Below are positions 1-13,035 of a stretch of DNA of 64,000 nucleotides, in pieces. The position numbers were made by a program, and so were the translations under genes. Origin of the DNA: Raillietiella orientalis (Eukaryota). How positions within the stretch are numbered: position 1 is the stretch's first letter; the number at the start of each line of letters is the position of its first letter. Location of the stretch: assembly GCA_036172245.1 (NCBI GenBank), contig JAYWIR010000068.1, forward strand, positions 186,001-250,000, in the 5' to 3' direction. The notes beneath the pieces are model-generated. The model did no database searches and was not told where the DNA came from. It was given only the letters and a program-made list of their open reading frames with translations.

Positions 1-831
1 GATGGTGCCATGCGGTGGGTATGCGTAGTGCTCTTCAAAAGTCTTCTCGGTTCAAGCGAACCGGAGGTTTGGGTCTCCAGTGCAACGGTACGGCGCACTC
101 TGCCGCTGCTAAGAGGTCATCCGGGTCGTTCAAAGAAGCTGCCATCGCCGGTTCGTCCATCGCTTCCTTCATCCTGCGTTGGCAGCCGCGGAGATTTTCC
201 GGGTTCTCCGTGCGGACCACCGCGTTGTACTGGTGCACCCTGCGTTGGGACGGGATGCCTGGTTGTCTGCAAGGACGCTTTTCGCCGGCCGCTCCGTCGG
301 TTCGCGGTGCCCCTTTTGCAAACGCCGGGCCTCGTGGTCAGCTTGCACGTTGCGCCCCACGGATGGTGTACCGTCGCGCGCTGGCCATCGTTTGTCAGCT
401 GGTTGCCACCGGGGCCTGCATGTCGGGGTCGTTGGGGGCGCGTCGTTAGCGTCGTAGAGGCGCCTCACAAAAGTGCCGACCTTGAAGATCGTCGATTCTC
501 CAGTCCTAAGCTGGAGTAATATGTCCTCTGCTTGAGATGCCCCCAACCTCCTCCTCAGCTTGCTCCCCTTTCCCCCGTAAAAGGATTTTTTAAAAAAGGA
601 AAAAAATACATAAAAATTCTGCGGTAAATGAACCGCTTCGTGTGGAGACCTCTTTCTTAACCCTCGGATTTCGGCGATGCAAGGGGAGGTTCGCGCGTCG
701 TAAGCGGAATGGGACGTGTAATCTTCCCGTTTGTGTAGAAGGACCACATGATCCAGCACCTCCTGAAGACCGGCAGGATCAAAACGAAAAGGTGCAGTAG
801 TTCTTTCTAAGCCCCTCTCCGACTTAAGCAG

Positions 832-3731
832 ATACCAAAGGCTTGCACCCGACGACCTCGTACTCTTGCTGTGGGACGCGGAGCACAACTCCGTCCGCCT
901 GCACCAGGAGGACCCGTGCCCGTACTTTGTGAAAGGCCTCTTCCTCCAAGACATCACGCTTCCAGGTGGGCGTGGAGAGGAGCCGAGCCGCGCGATCCCG
1001 TGGCGCAGTTGCCCGGGGCGTTCCATTAATGCGAAGTTTCAGATCTGGATTGGAGTCCGATGAGGTGGTACAAGCTGGCCAGGTTCGTCTCCAAAGAGTA
1101 CTGCAAGGCCAAGAAGGTGAGTGCTGGCCGTGGGGATTTGCCGGGTACCGCGTGCCGGGCGGCAGTGTTGCCACGTACCGAAAGCAACGCGAGCCCCTGT
1201 TCTGCCCCACTCCCGTTCCCCTGCTTCGCTCGTGACCTCATGCCCCCTGTGACTCGAAACGCTCCATCCGCCTTCTTGGCACCCAACGTTCCACGGACCA
1301 GGGGGATTTCGAATGCGGTCATAACCCTGCAAGGTCATGTTGACCATGCACCGAGGCGCCATTGGCATTCGTGCCGTGAGTTTCCCCATCCCGAAGTTTT
1401 TGAAGTGGCGAACCAACAGTAATATGCAGCAGGGAAAGCAGAGTAGTCCTCGACCCGACCCTTCGAACGTGTCCAGCACTTACGAAGGTGAACAAACGGG
1501 AAGGAATTCCTGGTTCTCCACTCCACTCGCCAATTTCCAGCTGGATCGACCCCGCACAGCACATTCCCCCTGACCACACCACCCACTTCTCCAACCCATG
1601 GGGCACGGCGCGGCGCCTGCGCTGGCCGCGCAAACTCCGGCATCGCCTCCGCAAGAACGGTTTGCCTCAGGGAGAACCAGCGTGAGCGTTAGCAAGTCGC
1701 AAGCGCACCTCTCGCTTTTCGCGCACGCGCACACACAATCACACACATAAAGAAAGCAAGGCGAACGCCGTTAGAAACAGCGTGCTCCCCTCTTAGCTCC
1801 TGCGTGCTCCCCTCTTAGCTCCATTCCCTTTTCTTATCGACGTGATTGCCGAGTAACGCCCACTCAGCGGACCACCTTTTTTGATAGCAGGAAGGATCTT
1901 GGCGGGAGCGCTGCGACCGCAGGTGATGGCCCCACGCAGGTGTGCGCCAAGGTGTTGCCGGCGCATCACCTCCACGGATGCCGGTCTTCCCGTCATCCCC
2001 CTCCTCCCCCTTTGCCCCGCTGGACCGCCGTCGCGCTGCTCTGCCCCACGTTGCGGCGGGTGGGCAGGGAGGCTGGTCGTTGCCTTGGCGACTGTGTTGT
2101 CCGCCGAACTGGTGGTGTGAGCGGGAAGGCGCATTAGTGGAGCCCACGTGTCACGGGAATCCGTTCATATCCTTGATTTTCCTCTGCATCCGTTTCTCTT
2201 GCGGGACCGTTGAAGCGCCCCACCCCCCACCCTCAGCGGTCGTTAGATGTGTCGTCTTCCCGACTGACTCTGCGGAGCCTTCTCGTGGCTGCAGCGTCCG
2301 AGACTCAGGAAGAAAAGGCGCTCGTCGTAGCCTTGCGACTTCGAGTGACCTCCGTCCAGCTGGTGGCTCCTCTGCCTGCATTCGCTGGGGAAGGACACCA
2401 GGATCTTAATTTAGCACTGGACAACAGGCAAGCCAAAATAGTCCCACGGGGTTCCTATTTTGGCTCTGCGTTGCCCTTCCTCCCAACCTGTTTCGCACTT
2501 GCGGCAAGTCGCAAGGGTCCCTCTCCGCCTCTCGGGGTCGCTAGGGCGAGATGCCGATGGCGTTTTTCACTCGGACCTACGACGTTTCCCTGGGCACGCG
2601 CGCTCCCTTTGCGTCGACCTACCTCGGCTCCCTTGTGCGTGGAAACCCGATCCCCAGGAGTCCCCGTACTGATCCAAGTGCCTCTGCGTAACCGAGAGCG
2701 CCCGAGCCGGGGCAAATCCAAAGATGTGGATCCTCGTGGGTCTCCGTGCGTCTTGGGCAAAGGCTAGGGAATTCTCCCAATCCTCTTCAAAGGCGTCTTT
2801 CACGGGGAGGGCTGGAAATCAGAAAACTTGCCCTCCTCTCCCGGGGAGCAGGAAGAAGACTTGCAGCACCTCCGTAAGCCTCGGATTGGATTCTTGGAAG
2901 CTCCCGTCTTCGAATGGCTGCGCCCTCTGGCGCTGACCTGAGTCGCCTACCTTTTTCTCACCCCCGACCTTCTCGGTGGCAAACCGCACAATCCGTTCCC
3001 ACCGTACTCGTGCCCACGACGGCTGTCTGCTGGGGAGGGGGGGGGTCCCCTCCGTGTCGGAATTCTTCGCGGAAACGCTCCAGCGGTGTTCCTGCTGCCT
3101 TTCATCTTCCCTGATGTCCAGGCCCTTCGGCAGTGACGCCTGTATGGCGAATCCGCCATCAGGAGTCGCGCGACCGTCATTTCAATCACCGAAGCGATTC
3201 CTCGGGGTGTTCCTCGGTCCTCGGGAGCCTTCGCTTCCGTGTCCGTGGAACCTGCTGCAGGCAAAGTGTTCGCCGTCAGCGTGCACTCGCGTGAGCCCGG
3301 TGCTCACCGAAAGCCTCGAAAGATCGCGAAAGGTAGATACGTGCTTGTTATGTGTATTTTAATATATACTTATGTACATATTGGTACGTATCTTTGTGTG
3401 GAACGAATATGTACGTATTTCTTTTTTGTGATCTTTCGGGATTTTGAGCCAAGCGCATGCTCGTAAGCGACGCCGAGAGTTTCAGACTCGCGGGTCGCTA
3501 TGGGAACGGCAGCCCATTCGGAGCTTATGTTTCCCGTGCCGGGTGTCCGGGCGACTCGTTCGGCGCTCGCGGATGCTGTATCGTCACCCCAGCCGTGTCT
3601 TCTCTGTCCCTTAGACAGACAACCGGTACAGGATGGAGCTGCACTCCAAGTTCTTCCGTGTGGTGGTCAGGCTGGACGTCGATGACCTGGATTCCAGCTG
3701 CGACGCCTCCAAGTTACAGCCAGCCTGGTGA
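832..3731 (+). CDS. RB1CC1: 3' exons of an ATG11/FIP200 (RB1CC1, EPG-7-like) autophagy scaffold, encoding the C-terminal Claw domain; 5' part not found in window
   Basis: Exons 832(or 829)-965, 1043-1116 and 3615-3731 have GT-AG borders and compatible phase. They give ...LAPDDLVLLLWDAEHNSVRLHQEDPCPYFV...WYKLARFVSKEYCKAKK|TDNRYRMELHSKFFRVVV..., matching the remembered FIP200 Claw pattern GDLVLIILDERH...KEYCQAKKAQNRFKVPLGTKFYRV. Confidence 0.82.
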
Positions 3732-6700
3732 GAGGGAGCGGCGCGAACGCGCTCGCCGTGACACCGCCGCGTTTTCTGCCTCCAGTGGTGCCCCCGACGC
3801 GAAGGAGGCTCAGCTGACGTGAGCCTGGAGGACGTGCGGGCGCCCACTTCCGCGTCGGGTTCGCCGGATGCGACCCGCTCGTCGCGCCGACTTACTGCTC
3901 AGATGGAACGGAACGGAACACGACATGGCACGAGAAATCTTCTTGCTCCGTGCAAAGTGCCCCGCTGCCTTCCCTTTGCGGACGTGGCGGCCTCGCCTTT
4001 GGGCTTCGCGCGCAGCAGCGAAAATCCGAAAGTGGACGCCCGTCTCCCTCTTCTTTGCAAGGGGACCTCCCGGCAACAGGCGGCGCCCCTGTAGCCTTCC
4101 CTTGGCTATCCGTCGCTGGGAGTGCCAGCGACGCCTCCCGGCTGCACCACGGGCGGCGCCGCAAGGCAAGTCCGCATCCCCTCGTCTGTTGGGCCTGCCC
4201 GACGCTTGCTTCCGCTTTGTCAGAGTGACCTTCCGTCGCTCGGGTCCGGAAGGTTGCTGCAGCCCGTTTGGGATCACCCGCGCGCGACGACCCCCCCCCC
4301 CCCCCAAAAAAAAAAAAAAAAAACCAAAACAAAAACAAAAATGGCAGGCAGTCTGGGTCGTGTGTTCGGTTATTCCTCGTGGTGCGAATTCGACGAGCGA
4401 GAAAGGCAAGCCCTCCACGCAGGAGGTTCGCATGTGCTTCCAGGATCGCGCGTGTCCCAAGTGAGTCGGGAGGGGAAGCTTCCCGCTGCTCGCTGTTCGT
4501 GGAGGCGGGGGCGTTGGGTGTTCGGACGTCTGCGCGTCGTGCCCGACTCCCGCAGGTGCCCCGGGGCGCATCGGCCAAGCATCATCGGCCGTCTGTCCTT
4601 GGAAGACGTTGATTTGGATCCCACCGGCCCCTGTGCCAGCCAGCCCCGGTGGGGTCTGACGTCAGTTTGCGCCCGGTCACCCAAGGGAACCGGCGCGCGT
4701 GCCCGTCAGGAGTCCGAGGAAATGCGAATCGGAAGCACAGTGATGATGACGATGACGCGAATCGTGTTCCTTGGAATTGGCTTCCGCGCTTCGGCGTCGC
4801 GTTGATTTCCTACGCAGTAGGGATGTGGCAGGTGAGAATAGGCCAACCGTCTGTGCGGACCGCTCGCAAAAGACGTTGGAAAGGTCATCAAGCATTGTAT
4901 GTAGGAGACGAGCCCGACTGTGGTCTCCTCGATCAGAAAACGGAAAGAGAGTTTTTGTTCGCAGCCGATGGCAGCAAATCTTCACAGAGGATGCTTTTTT
5001 TTTTTTTTTTTTCCTTTTCCGTTTCGTCTTCAAACTGTCTGCTGTCCGCAAAGTGGCGCCTTTGAGTGCGGACACAACGACCGTCGTCGTGCCACGGAGG
5101 AGTCAGGCCCAAATCTACGCCCCAGCCGCCCCGTGCTCGGCAGCCGGGCAGCACCCGGAAGCCTCTTCGCGGGTAGCGAGAATGCACGCGACCTCGCGCA
5201 AGGGATGAGGGAAGCTCCCAGCACAGACGACGCCAGGTCACCTCACTTCAAGTCGGCTGCAGTGTGGCCGCCCTCGGCGCGCTTCGCGAAACGCTTCGCA
5301 AACGTATGCTGCGCCGTGCTCGCGGCAGTCACGAAATTGCGGGCCCCGATGTCGTGCTTGTCTTGGAGCACTTCCCGAGGGCTCGGCACGAAGACCGCTC
5401 CAGCAGGGAACGCTGACGTGACCACCTTCCCGGTCGTGCGCTCGGTGAGAAAGGCTGACCGCGATCGCGGGAACTTGGTTCCCAAAACGCAGGGGCAGCA
5501 GGCAACTTTCAGCAAGAAGAACCTTCCTCCCCCGCCGGTCTCTTGCCGCGCACAGCGTTCTCGATGGAGACTTTGCGGGCAGTGGGTTCGTCCAGGCAAC
5601 GCGGTCATCCTGGTTGACCAGCGGACTTTCCCTGCTTGGACGCACGACTGCTGCGCCCCGTAACTGATTCGTCTTCGTGGGAGTCCAGAGCAGCCCTGTT
5701 CGCGCCTCGCGATCTTCACGATCGCATGAGGTGCGCCTCAACCCATCCTCGGAAACCACGAGCGAAGGTGCAAACAAACTGCACTTCAAAAAAGGAAAAA
5801 AGGAGGCGCAGGAAAAGCTCTGCGTTCACACGCTGAGCGATGTAACGGTTTTCAGCTTCCTGCGAATGATGCACGTGGCGACGTGGATTACCTCTTCTTG
5901 CACGCGCTAAGAGATCTCTTGTGATCCTCTTGGGCACACGGAGCCACCTCTTGTCAACGGAGCCCCGTGAACCGGAAGGAAGGAAACGCAAAATGAAGAA
6001 GTGCAGTTCGTTTAACCGGGGGACCCCCATGGATTCCGCAGAACTCCCGTTCTGCAGAGTTGGGTAGGAAGGAGTAGTTCCCGTGTTCCCTCTCCAGCGA
6101 AAGGCTCGCCCGGAGCACTGTCACTGCACACCTCGGGACGGTTGAGACTCAGCCGCACCGGACGTCGCGTGACGGGCGCATCACCGCGAAGATCACACGG
6201 ACGTCATTCTTCGTTGGTTGCCGACGTCTCGGGGAAGGCCCAACCACTGTCGCCGAATCAGCTGATTTCTGCTTTTTTGACCACGCAAACAAAAAAACCA
6301 CAAACCAAAAAAATAAAGACGCAAAACGAAGGTGACGTGCTGTTTGTTTTCCACGGAAGGAATCCCCAGACTCTTCCTGATGCTTTCCATGGAAACGTAA
6401 CAACAGAAAGTGAGGTTTCTCTAAAAAGGGAAACCCTTAGGGCAAGAGTTCACGCATGTTCCGGTTTCCCTCAATGGAAGCAAACCTTCACAGATAAGCG
6501 GAAGAGGCAGTTCTGCCCAGTTCGACCATCCGGCGTTTTCAGATTGTGAACAGCACCTCGTGGATTTCCAAGTTCGCTGCCGAGGCGTCTTTCCCATTCC
6601 TTGAGGAATTGATTTGATTGACGCGAGTTCTTTCCAGTGGAAACGTCCTCGCCATCCACAGAGCGATGCTCACCTCGGCGAGCGGCCACCCTTCTCTTGG

Positions 6701-7849
6701 CCGTGGGAGGAATTGCTAAACGAAAGCGAACCGCGCGCGCACTTGCTGAAACGAGAGAGCCACCCTCGCGTTTTCGGCGTAGCAGAAAGGTTTGTGGTCG
6801 TTGCCCCTCCGGTCGAAGTGGCTCCAACCGCTTGGCACGTCACTGAGCACGCACGTTCGAAGGACTCGCGGGCCCTCGAGCGGAGAGAAGGGAACAGAAT
6901 TCGCGCGGGAGGCGAGCAGCAGCAGCCGAGTGTTCTCAGCTTCCCGGGGTCCAAGGAAAACCTCGTTGCTAACCTGCGAGCTGCCGGAGAGCGCGGCGGC
7001 CGTGCGCCGCCAGAGTTCGCCTCTGCGACGGACGGCGTGGCGCGGTGCGAAGAAACCGCCCAGCTGGGTGGGAGGCTATCCACCGGATGAGTGGGAGTTG
7101 GGAAGAGGAGCTCTCTCCGGAGTGGCGGGTCGGAGGCAGTGCACTCTGGCGGGGATCGCTGGAAGTGTCGCCAGGAGGCGCACGACGGACCACCGAAGCA
7201 CTGGGGGTTGGTGGAGGGGAAGCTCCAGAACGGACGGAAGGAATTCGTTTCAAAAGTGCCAAATGAACGAAACCACTGCGAAGGAAATGCAGCCCTTCCC
7301 TTTTGATTCCTGGATGTTTGCATAGCTCGGGGTCGAAAAGGTTTCGTCCCTGCTGAAATGCCAATCGGTGACAGAAGGAAGAGCTCAGTTTTCCAAAATT
7401 TTCGCAACATCCTTTGCTCTTAATCTGAAGAACTCGCCGCCACTGCGGTCGACGAAGCGCCAGCTCCCTGCGAAGCGCCACCGAAAGGCGAGTGGGCACG
7501 CCCTCGGTTCCGTTGGAGCCGCCGGTCGCCTTCGCGACACAAAAGGCAGCGCGAAGGCAAAGACGGAAATGTCGTCCGCCGCCTGGCCGAAACTCGACCC
7601 ACCGTGCACGTACCCTACAAATTCCGTTTGCTCGTGGGGGGGGGGGTCGAAAATGAAATGCAGCGTCCTGTTGTTCATTACCACTGTCAAGTTGCCATGG
7701 GATCTCCATCGTCGTCGTCGTCGTCGGTCCGCGTTCCTCGGTGGCGGACCACGCCAAACCACTGCGGCCGAAGCGGGAGATTCGGCAAATTTTTCCCGGC
7801 GTGTGTTCCTGGGGAGCTGCCAGGGCCCACCGCGAGGCGGGAACACGCC

Positions 7850-8830
7850 ATTTTGAGCATACAGCCGCCGCATCCTTGAACGTGCAATCCCAGCCGGCGG
7901 CTTCGAATTTCCAATTTCGTCCACGTTCCGCCTTGGGTGAAAATTCGATCTTTCACTTTGGCCACCACCAAGAGGCACCTCGTCGTTGGTGTGCTTTCAC
8001 CTACAGACCGGTATGAGATTCCCGCTTTCTCTGAGATCCCACTCGGGCTGCTGCGGCCCTGTCTCTTGTGGGCAAGCGACCCTTTGCGTGCAAGACGCGT
8101 GCTTTCCGCTGCTTGCCCACGTGCCGACCGGAATCCACGCACCCGGCGACCGCAGACGTATTGTGCCGCGCGTGGCACGCTGCTCATCCACTTCGCAAGG
8201 TTTCCGTAAAATCCAGATGCTGCTGCCACGTGGATCCACACGACGCGCTTTCTATAAAAGCATCGACAGCCAGACGTGCGTTTGGATGATAGTAATGATG
8301 GAAAATGAAAGCGTTCGGAGAGATCTTCCTTTCTACGTCCCCTCCCCCCTCCCGCCCCAAGCGGCCCTATTCATACGAATCCACCGGCTCGGTCAACTTC
8401 TAATGGACGTAGGGAATATTCCTGTGCCGATGCAGGTGGTTATTCAATTCCTCCATACCCACCAAAGGCCGATTTCGGTTCTCGAAACCACTTGCGAGGG
8501 AGCAAACCACCGGAGGCGACTTGGCCCGCGAGTTGCTGCGTGATTTTCATTTCAAAAACAACGGGAACGCAACATTCAACGAATAACGCAGGGGATCCGC
8601 AGCATCATGGCTCGGGAGGACGGAAACCTTCTCCCGGGATGGTCAGGAGCTTCCTCTTCCGGGTCGGAAGCAGGACGACGTCCACATGGGAGGGCGGTCC
8701 CGCGGCCCAGCACGGCATCTCCACACACATAGGAGGAGACTTCCGTTCCGACGTCCGAGCTTTCCGTGTCGCCGGAAGGAACTTCCGGAACGACGAGGTC
8801 GGTAAGATCACGAGGAGCGAACGGACCGTG
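7850..8830 (-). mobile_element. Heavily degenerate Ty3/Gypsy-like pol remnant (RT thumb, RNase H, integrase order)
   Basis: Minus-strand frameshifted fragments SFRKFLP (~8790), VGMEELNNHLHRHRNIPYVH*KL (~8440), GFYGNL..YVC (~8200) and GISYRSVGESTP (~8010) loosely resemble Gypsy motifs in the expected order. Weak, by eye. Confidence 0.33.
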
Positions 8831-8875
8831 CATGGAATTTCGTTATTGGCATTTCTTTGCGGAAAACAATCCGAC

Positions 8876-8877
<2 letters not shown>

Positions 8878-8911
<34 letters not shown>
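8878..8911. repeat. (AG)n microsatellite followed by A and T tracts
   Basis: Directly visible. Confidence 0.95.
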
Positions 8912-8918
<7 letters not shown>

Positions 8919-9101
8919 AAAAAAGACAATGCTCTGACTAGCGTTTTTTTTCTTTTTCTTTTTTTTTCTTTTTTTAATGCTGAGTTGGCACGAACTTGTT
9001 GCGGTGCAAGCATCAGCAGGAATATTGCACTAGCAGACCAATAAAATTAGTGTTCGACAACACGGAAACGTAATTAATGGAGACAGCATATCGGAAAGCG
9101 G

Positions 9102-12100
9102 TCAACAGAGTTCACGCTGCTCGAGTGTGCACGTGGTGTGTCGTTCGGCATGAAAGATGCGGAACACCGCATTGAGGATCGGAGATGCATCGTGATCATT
9201 GAGCCAATGATGTGCACGGCCTCGATTCTCTAAAATGTTCAAAAAGGCTGCGGGAAGATATACATATACATGTATACTTTTTGGATATCAAGAGCCATAG
9301 CCTCACCAGCCAAAATTTTCGGTTTAGACAGTCCTAACTGGATTGTTGGGTTTGTCATGATGACCTTATATAAATTACTGTCGGGGTCAATGCCACGGTC
9401 TAAATCTTCGGCGCTACAAGTGCGTTCTCCCAGGAGCCACTCGCACTGAGAATACACGAAAACGTGAACAGCAAGCAACACAAAGGGCAGGAGAGGAATA
9501 AAACAGTAATAGTAAGGCCACTCACAGCACTATCCTGATTATTATTGCAAATCCACAGGGCTTCCGTGGCTTCGTCTTCCTTAAACCCCATCTCCAGCAG
9601 CATCTGGACCGCGCGGAAGTTTGGACGGAATTCGCTGCGCCTCGCCTGCCGCAAACTCTGCAGCAGCTTGTGCACCATATCCAGAGTGATGCACTTGGGC
9701 TTCTCCACACTACCACTAACGGCCACATCATCGGAAACAGTCCCCGCCTCGGGATCGGACTTCTGGTCGCGCTCCGCATTCAAAGCAGGAGGTACGGAGG
9801 CGCAGGCACTCGGCGAGGGCGCGCGGACATCCTGAGGCGGCACACCGGAGACTTGGGAGGCGGTGGACAAAGGCGCTTCCCCAGTGCCTTCGGCGTCCGG
9901 ATCATTAGCGTGCTCCAAGAGCCATTCCATCGCTTCCAGGGCATTCATCCTGGAAAACCGGACGAAACTGACGCGGTGACCAACCACTAGGAACCTTTTC
10001 TGGCACAGCGCTTTCACGACTTGATTTTCCGGGAAACCCATGTCCGTCAACTGTGCGATCAAGGCCTGGTCGACCTGGGGTTTGACTTCCTGCTCCACCC
10101 GCCGTTGGAATTGGGAGATAATCGTGATTGCCTGCTCATCTCTACAGAGCAACAAAGACATTGCCTCCACCAGTGTTATCAAAATCCTCCGGAGTTCACC
10201 CTGGAACTTAGAACCCTCCTTCCCTTTAGAATGTACGGAAAATCAGCATTGTACCCACATCACTCCCGGAGGAAGGCAAAGGCACGGGACGTGTTAAATT
10301 TTTACAGGGCACGTTGCTAGTTGCTGCAAGGATTTCACTGCAAGAAGGTCCTCTTTGGTCCATGTCTTGCATTTCGCTATCAACTGTATGTTTTTTAGGA
10401 AGAAGAAGAAGTTCATCTTATAAAAAAACGGAAACAAATAAGAAACGTAACAATGCGAGATGAAAACACCATGCAAGAGTGTATGCTGTACGGTCAAAAG
10501 GCACCAACATACAGAAAACCAAAATACAATTCCCGATGGAACGGCTACCCGTCCACGACACCACCCTTCACCCTATCCCCATTATCTCAAGCAAAGCGCC
10601 CGATTACGCCATCGGGTCCTCCCGACGTCATCGAAATGAGCAATTGAAAAATGTCATTCTCTTTTCAAACGAATTCCAACAGAGTGATCACGAATTCTGA
10701 CTGCTGGGATCGAACCGCTTCCATCACGCTCTTCGTATTTGGAGGAATGCGTTCCACCCAAACCCTATGCACGAGACCTCGCGTACACTTCCAAAAGTCA
10801 CGAAGGCCCCGGGGACTTCTTCAGTACTTCCGACGCAGGCTGCCCACGTTCATCCTGAGCTTGGGGTCGCGTGGCGGAATTCCCGTTCCACTGAACGGAG
10901 TTCACTGCATTCGAATGCAACCTCCCTTTGGATGCAGGAGTCTTGGAAAATCGGTCCGGATAACGCATACAGTCTGGAAACGATTACTTGGGAAATGAGT
11001 TACTACAAGTCGAAACGTTTGGCGCCTCCTCCTCTTTAGCGAACAAATCGCCAATAGGCAGATTTTGCAATAATTTTGACGGCTGGTTAGTAAACGTGTG
11101 GGTTTTCTCTCTCTCTCTCTCTCTCGTTCTCAAAAGTAAGAAATATGGCTAACAGACCTCGTATTTCCGTTCAAAGCAGATTTCTCTCTCTCTCTCCCCC
11201 CCCCCCCCACTGCATCTAATCAACTGACACCTTGTTTCTGTACCAAAGAAAGGGTCGAAACCCCTCATAATTGGGATAGATCTTTTCTTCAATTCCTTAT
11301 TCGTGTGTCATCCAACCTATCAGTTTCAATTTCCCAATTACACATGAAGCAAATTTGGTTGTGCAAAAGTACTGATTCCACTGCACACACTACGATGTAA
11401 ACTAAATGCTTACGCCTTATTACTCGAAAATAATTGCAAGGTTTGTTTATCTTTGAAATTTATCTCCTCTACAACCGTATTTTCTTTGTGCTTTAAGACT
11501 CTCGTTGCTATTGCTTTACATTTGTAATTCTTTACCTTCCTTGCTGACTTGCTGAGAATAAACTCTATTCCATGCCATCAGTATACTAAATCCACTTTAA
11601 TTCTGAATCATTCCTCACAATTAAAAAGAAATCCGAAGTGCAGATTACTTCAACAAAATGAGGTAATCTTACTCATTTTGTTGAGGCTCGCACACATAAG
11701 ATGTTGCTAAATCTGCAGATTCAATGATGTCATTATGAGCACAGAATTGTCATTTGCATCAAAACAAATGCTTGATCATCTTGAAACCTTGAACTTGTGT
11801 TACTTTACTCTTCAGGGTTCAATGTTTCAACAGTATAGTTAGACTAAACAGCATGAAAGATTTTTGCATGCCTGAACAAAACATTCATATTGTCACGAAT
11901 TAATCAGCTTATAAGCCAACCACAGCTGTGATGCAAAACAATGATAGAACAAGAACAATAAATCACAGTAAAGGTGCAGTTATAATACAAGGAGAGAACT
12001 CATAAAACTGAATTTAAATTTAAGGGATGATAAGCGTTTTCACAACTCATTTTCTGCTAATATCTTTATTTCAGAATCCGGCAAATCTCTTTAAATCAGT

Positions 12101-13035
12101 GCCATTATCAACATATATAAAAAAAAGAATTGCACTGTTGTCCAAACCCTCAGCACTTCATTATACCGTAAGCTAAACAAGAGTGGTCAGCACAATGGAA
12201 AAATGTTTCAAATCAATCAGTATATGCCTACGAAATTCTACACTGAACCAACGGAGGAAATTCCTTGAGTAGGTTACAATAAATGGGAAACTTCTGAGTA
12301 ACATTAATTACAATCATGTGAGCTTCAAAAATTTCCACAAACAAAAAAAAATTTGGACATAAAATCAGGACAGTAATATTGAAAGAAGATGCAAAAACTA
12401 CACTTTTAACAAGTAGTATTCAACATGCTTTTACAGATGCACATAAGCATAACAAGGCATCAATGAACACTTTGAAATCATGAATGCGAATGCTTTTTCT
12501 AAACTCATGCAAAAATATCCTTTGGCAGTATCCCAATCACGGGGAAAGTTATTGGTGCATTAAATTCTTATAAAAAAACGATGAGAAAATAATCGATTTA
12601 AACTCGATGATCTTCAACAGTGAAATGCATTTCACTGCTAGGTAAAAAAAAAACACTAGGATTCAAAGAGTTTTTCGGATGTCATATGAAAGCAATAATG
12701 TACACCAGAACGAACCTGAATAAATGCCACACGACAAAATGATTTCAAACCCACTCAAAATGCCATGAAAGTTACTTACTGTTATTTTGAACTCCCAGCT
12801 GCTTGAGTGAACAATTGTCATCCAAAGATTTACTGGTCATCACATGAATAAGCTGAAAGTCATTTTTAAATTTTTTACAATCTTCATCCATTAAAAAAAA
12901 TTTTAAAGCCATAAGTTTAACTTTTTCTGCTTCCACAAAACATGAAACCTCAGTCTCCCACTTTATACCATGCATGTTTATCACATATATTTTGTATATA
13001 TCAGAAGAAAACAACGAGGAATCTGATACGAACAT
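9102..13035 (-). CDS. UBAC1: UBAC1/KPC2 (UBL-UBA-UBA-STI1 adaptor subunit of the KPC E3 ligase)
   Basis: Exons 13035-12780, 10416-10259, 10206-9995, 9949-9526, 9445-9307 and 9247-9102, all GT-AG and in phase. The protein starts MFVSDSSLFSSDIYKIYV (human MFVQEEKIF...) and contains FQGELRRILITLVE, two UBA MGF motifs (LTDMGFPE, LLEMGFKE) and CEWLLGER..LDRGIDPDSNLYKVIMTNPTIQLGL, then AFLNILEN..WLND. Confidence 0.93.
10530..10950 (-). mobile_element. Decayed non-LTR retrotransposon RT fragment in UBAC1 intron 1
   Basis: Minus-strand HFSIAHFDDVGR and LLEIMGIG*RVVSW resemble the LINE RT motif DFxKAFDxV...LxxxGIxxxxxxW; frameshifted. Confidence 0.33.
11107..11208. repeat. (CT)n tracts and a C13 run
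   Basis: Directly visible at 11107-11125 and about 11184-11208. Confidence 0.9.

Noticed and set aside
3080..3150. Pogo/pipsqueak HTH-like start (MADSPYRRHCRRAWTSGKMKG) on the minus strand
   Set aside because: Resemblance covers only ~20 residues; no TIRs or DDE motifs found.
4341..4830. BNIP3-like gene (SSWCEF LIR-like motif plus hydrophobic tail WLPRFGVALISYAVG)
   Set aside because: The splice phases do not join these peptides into one frame, and no other BNIP3 motif is present.
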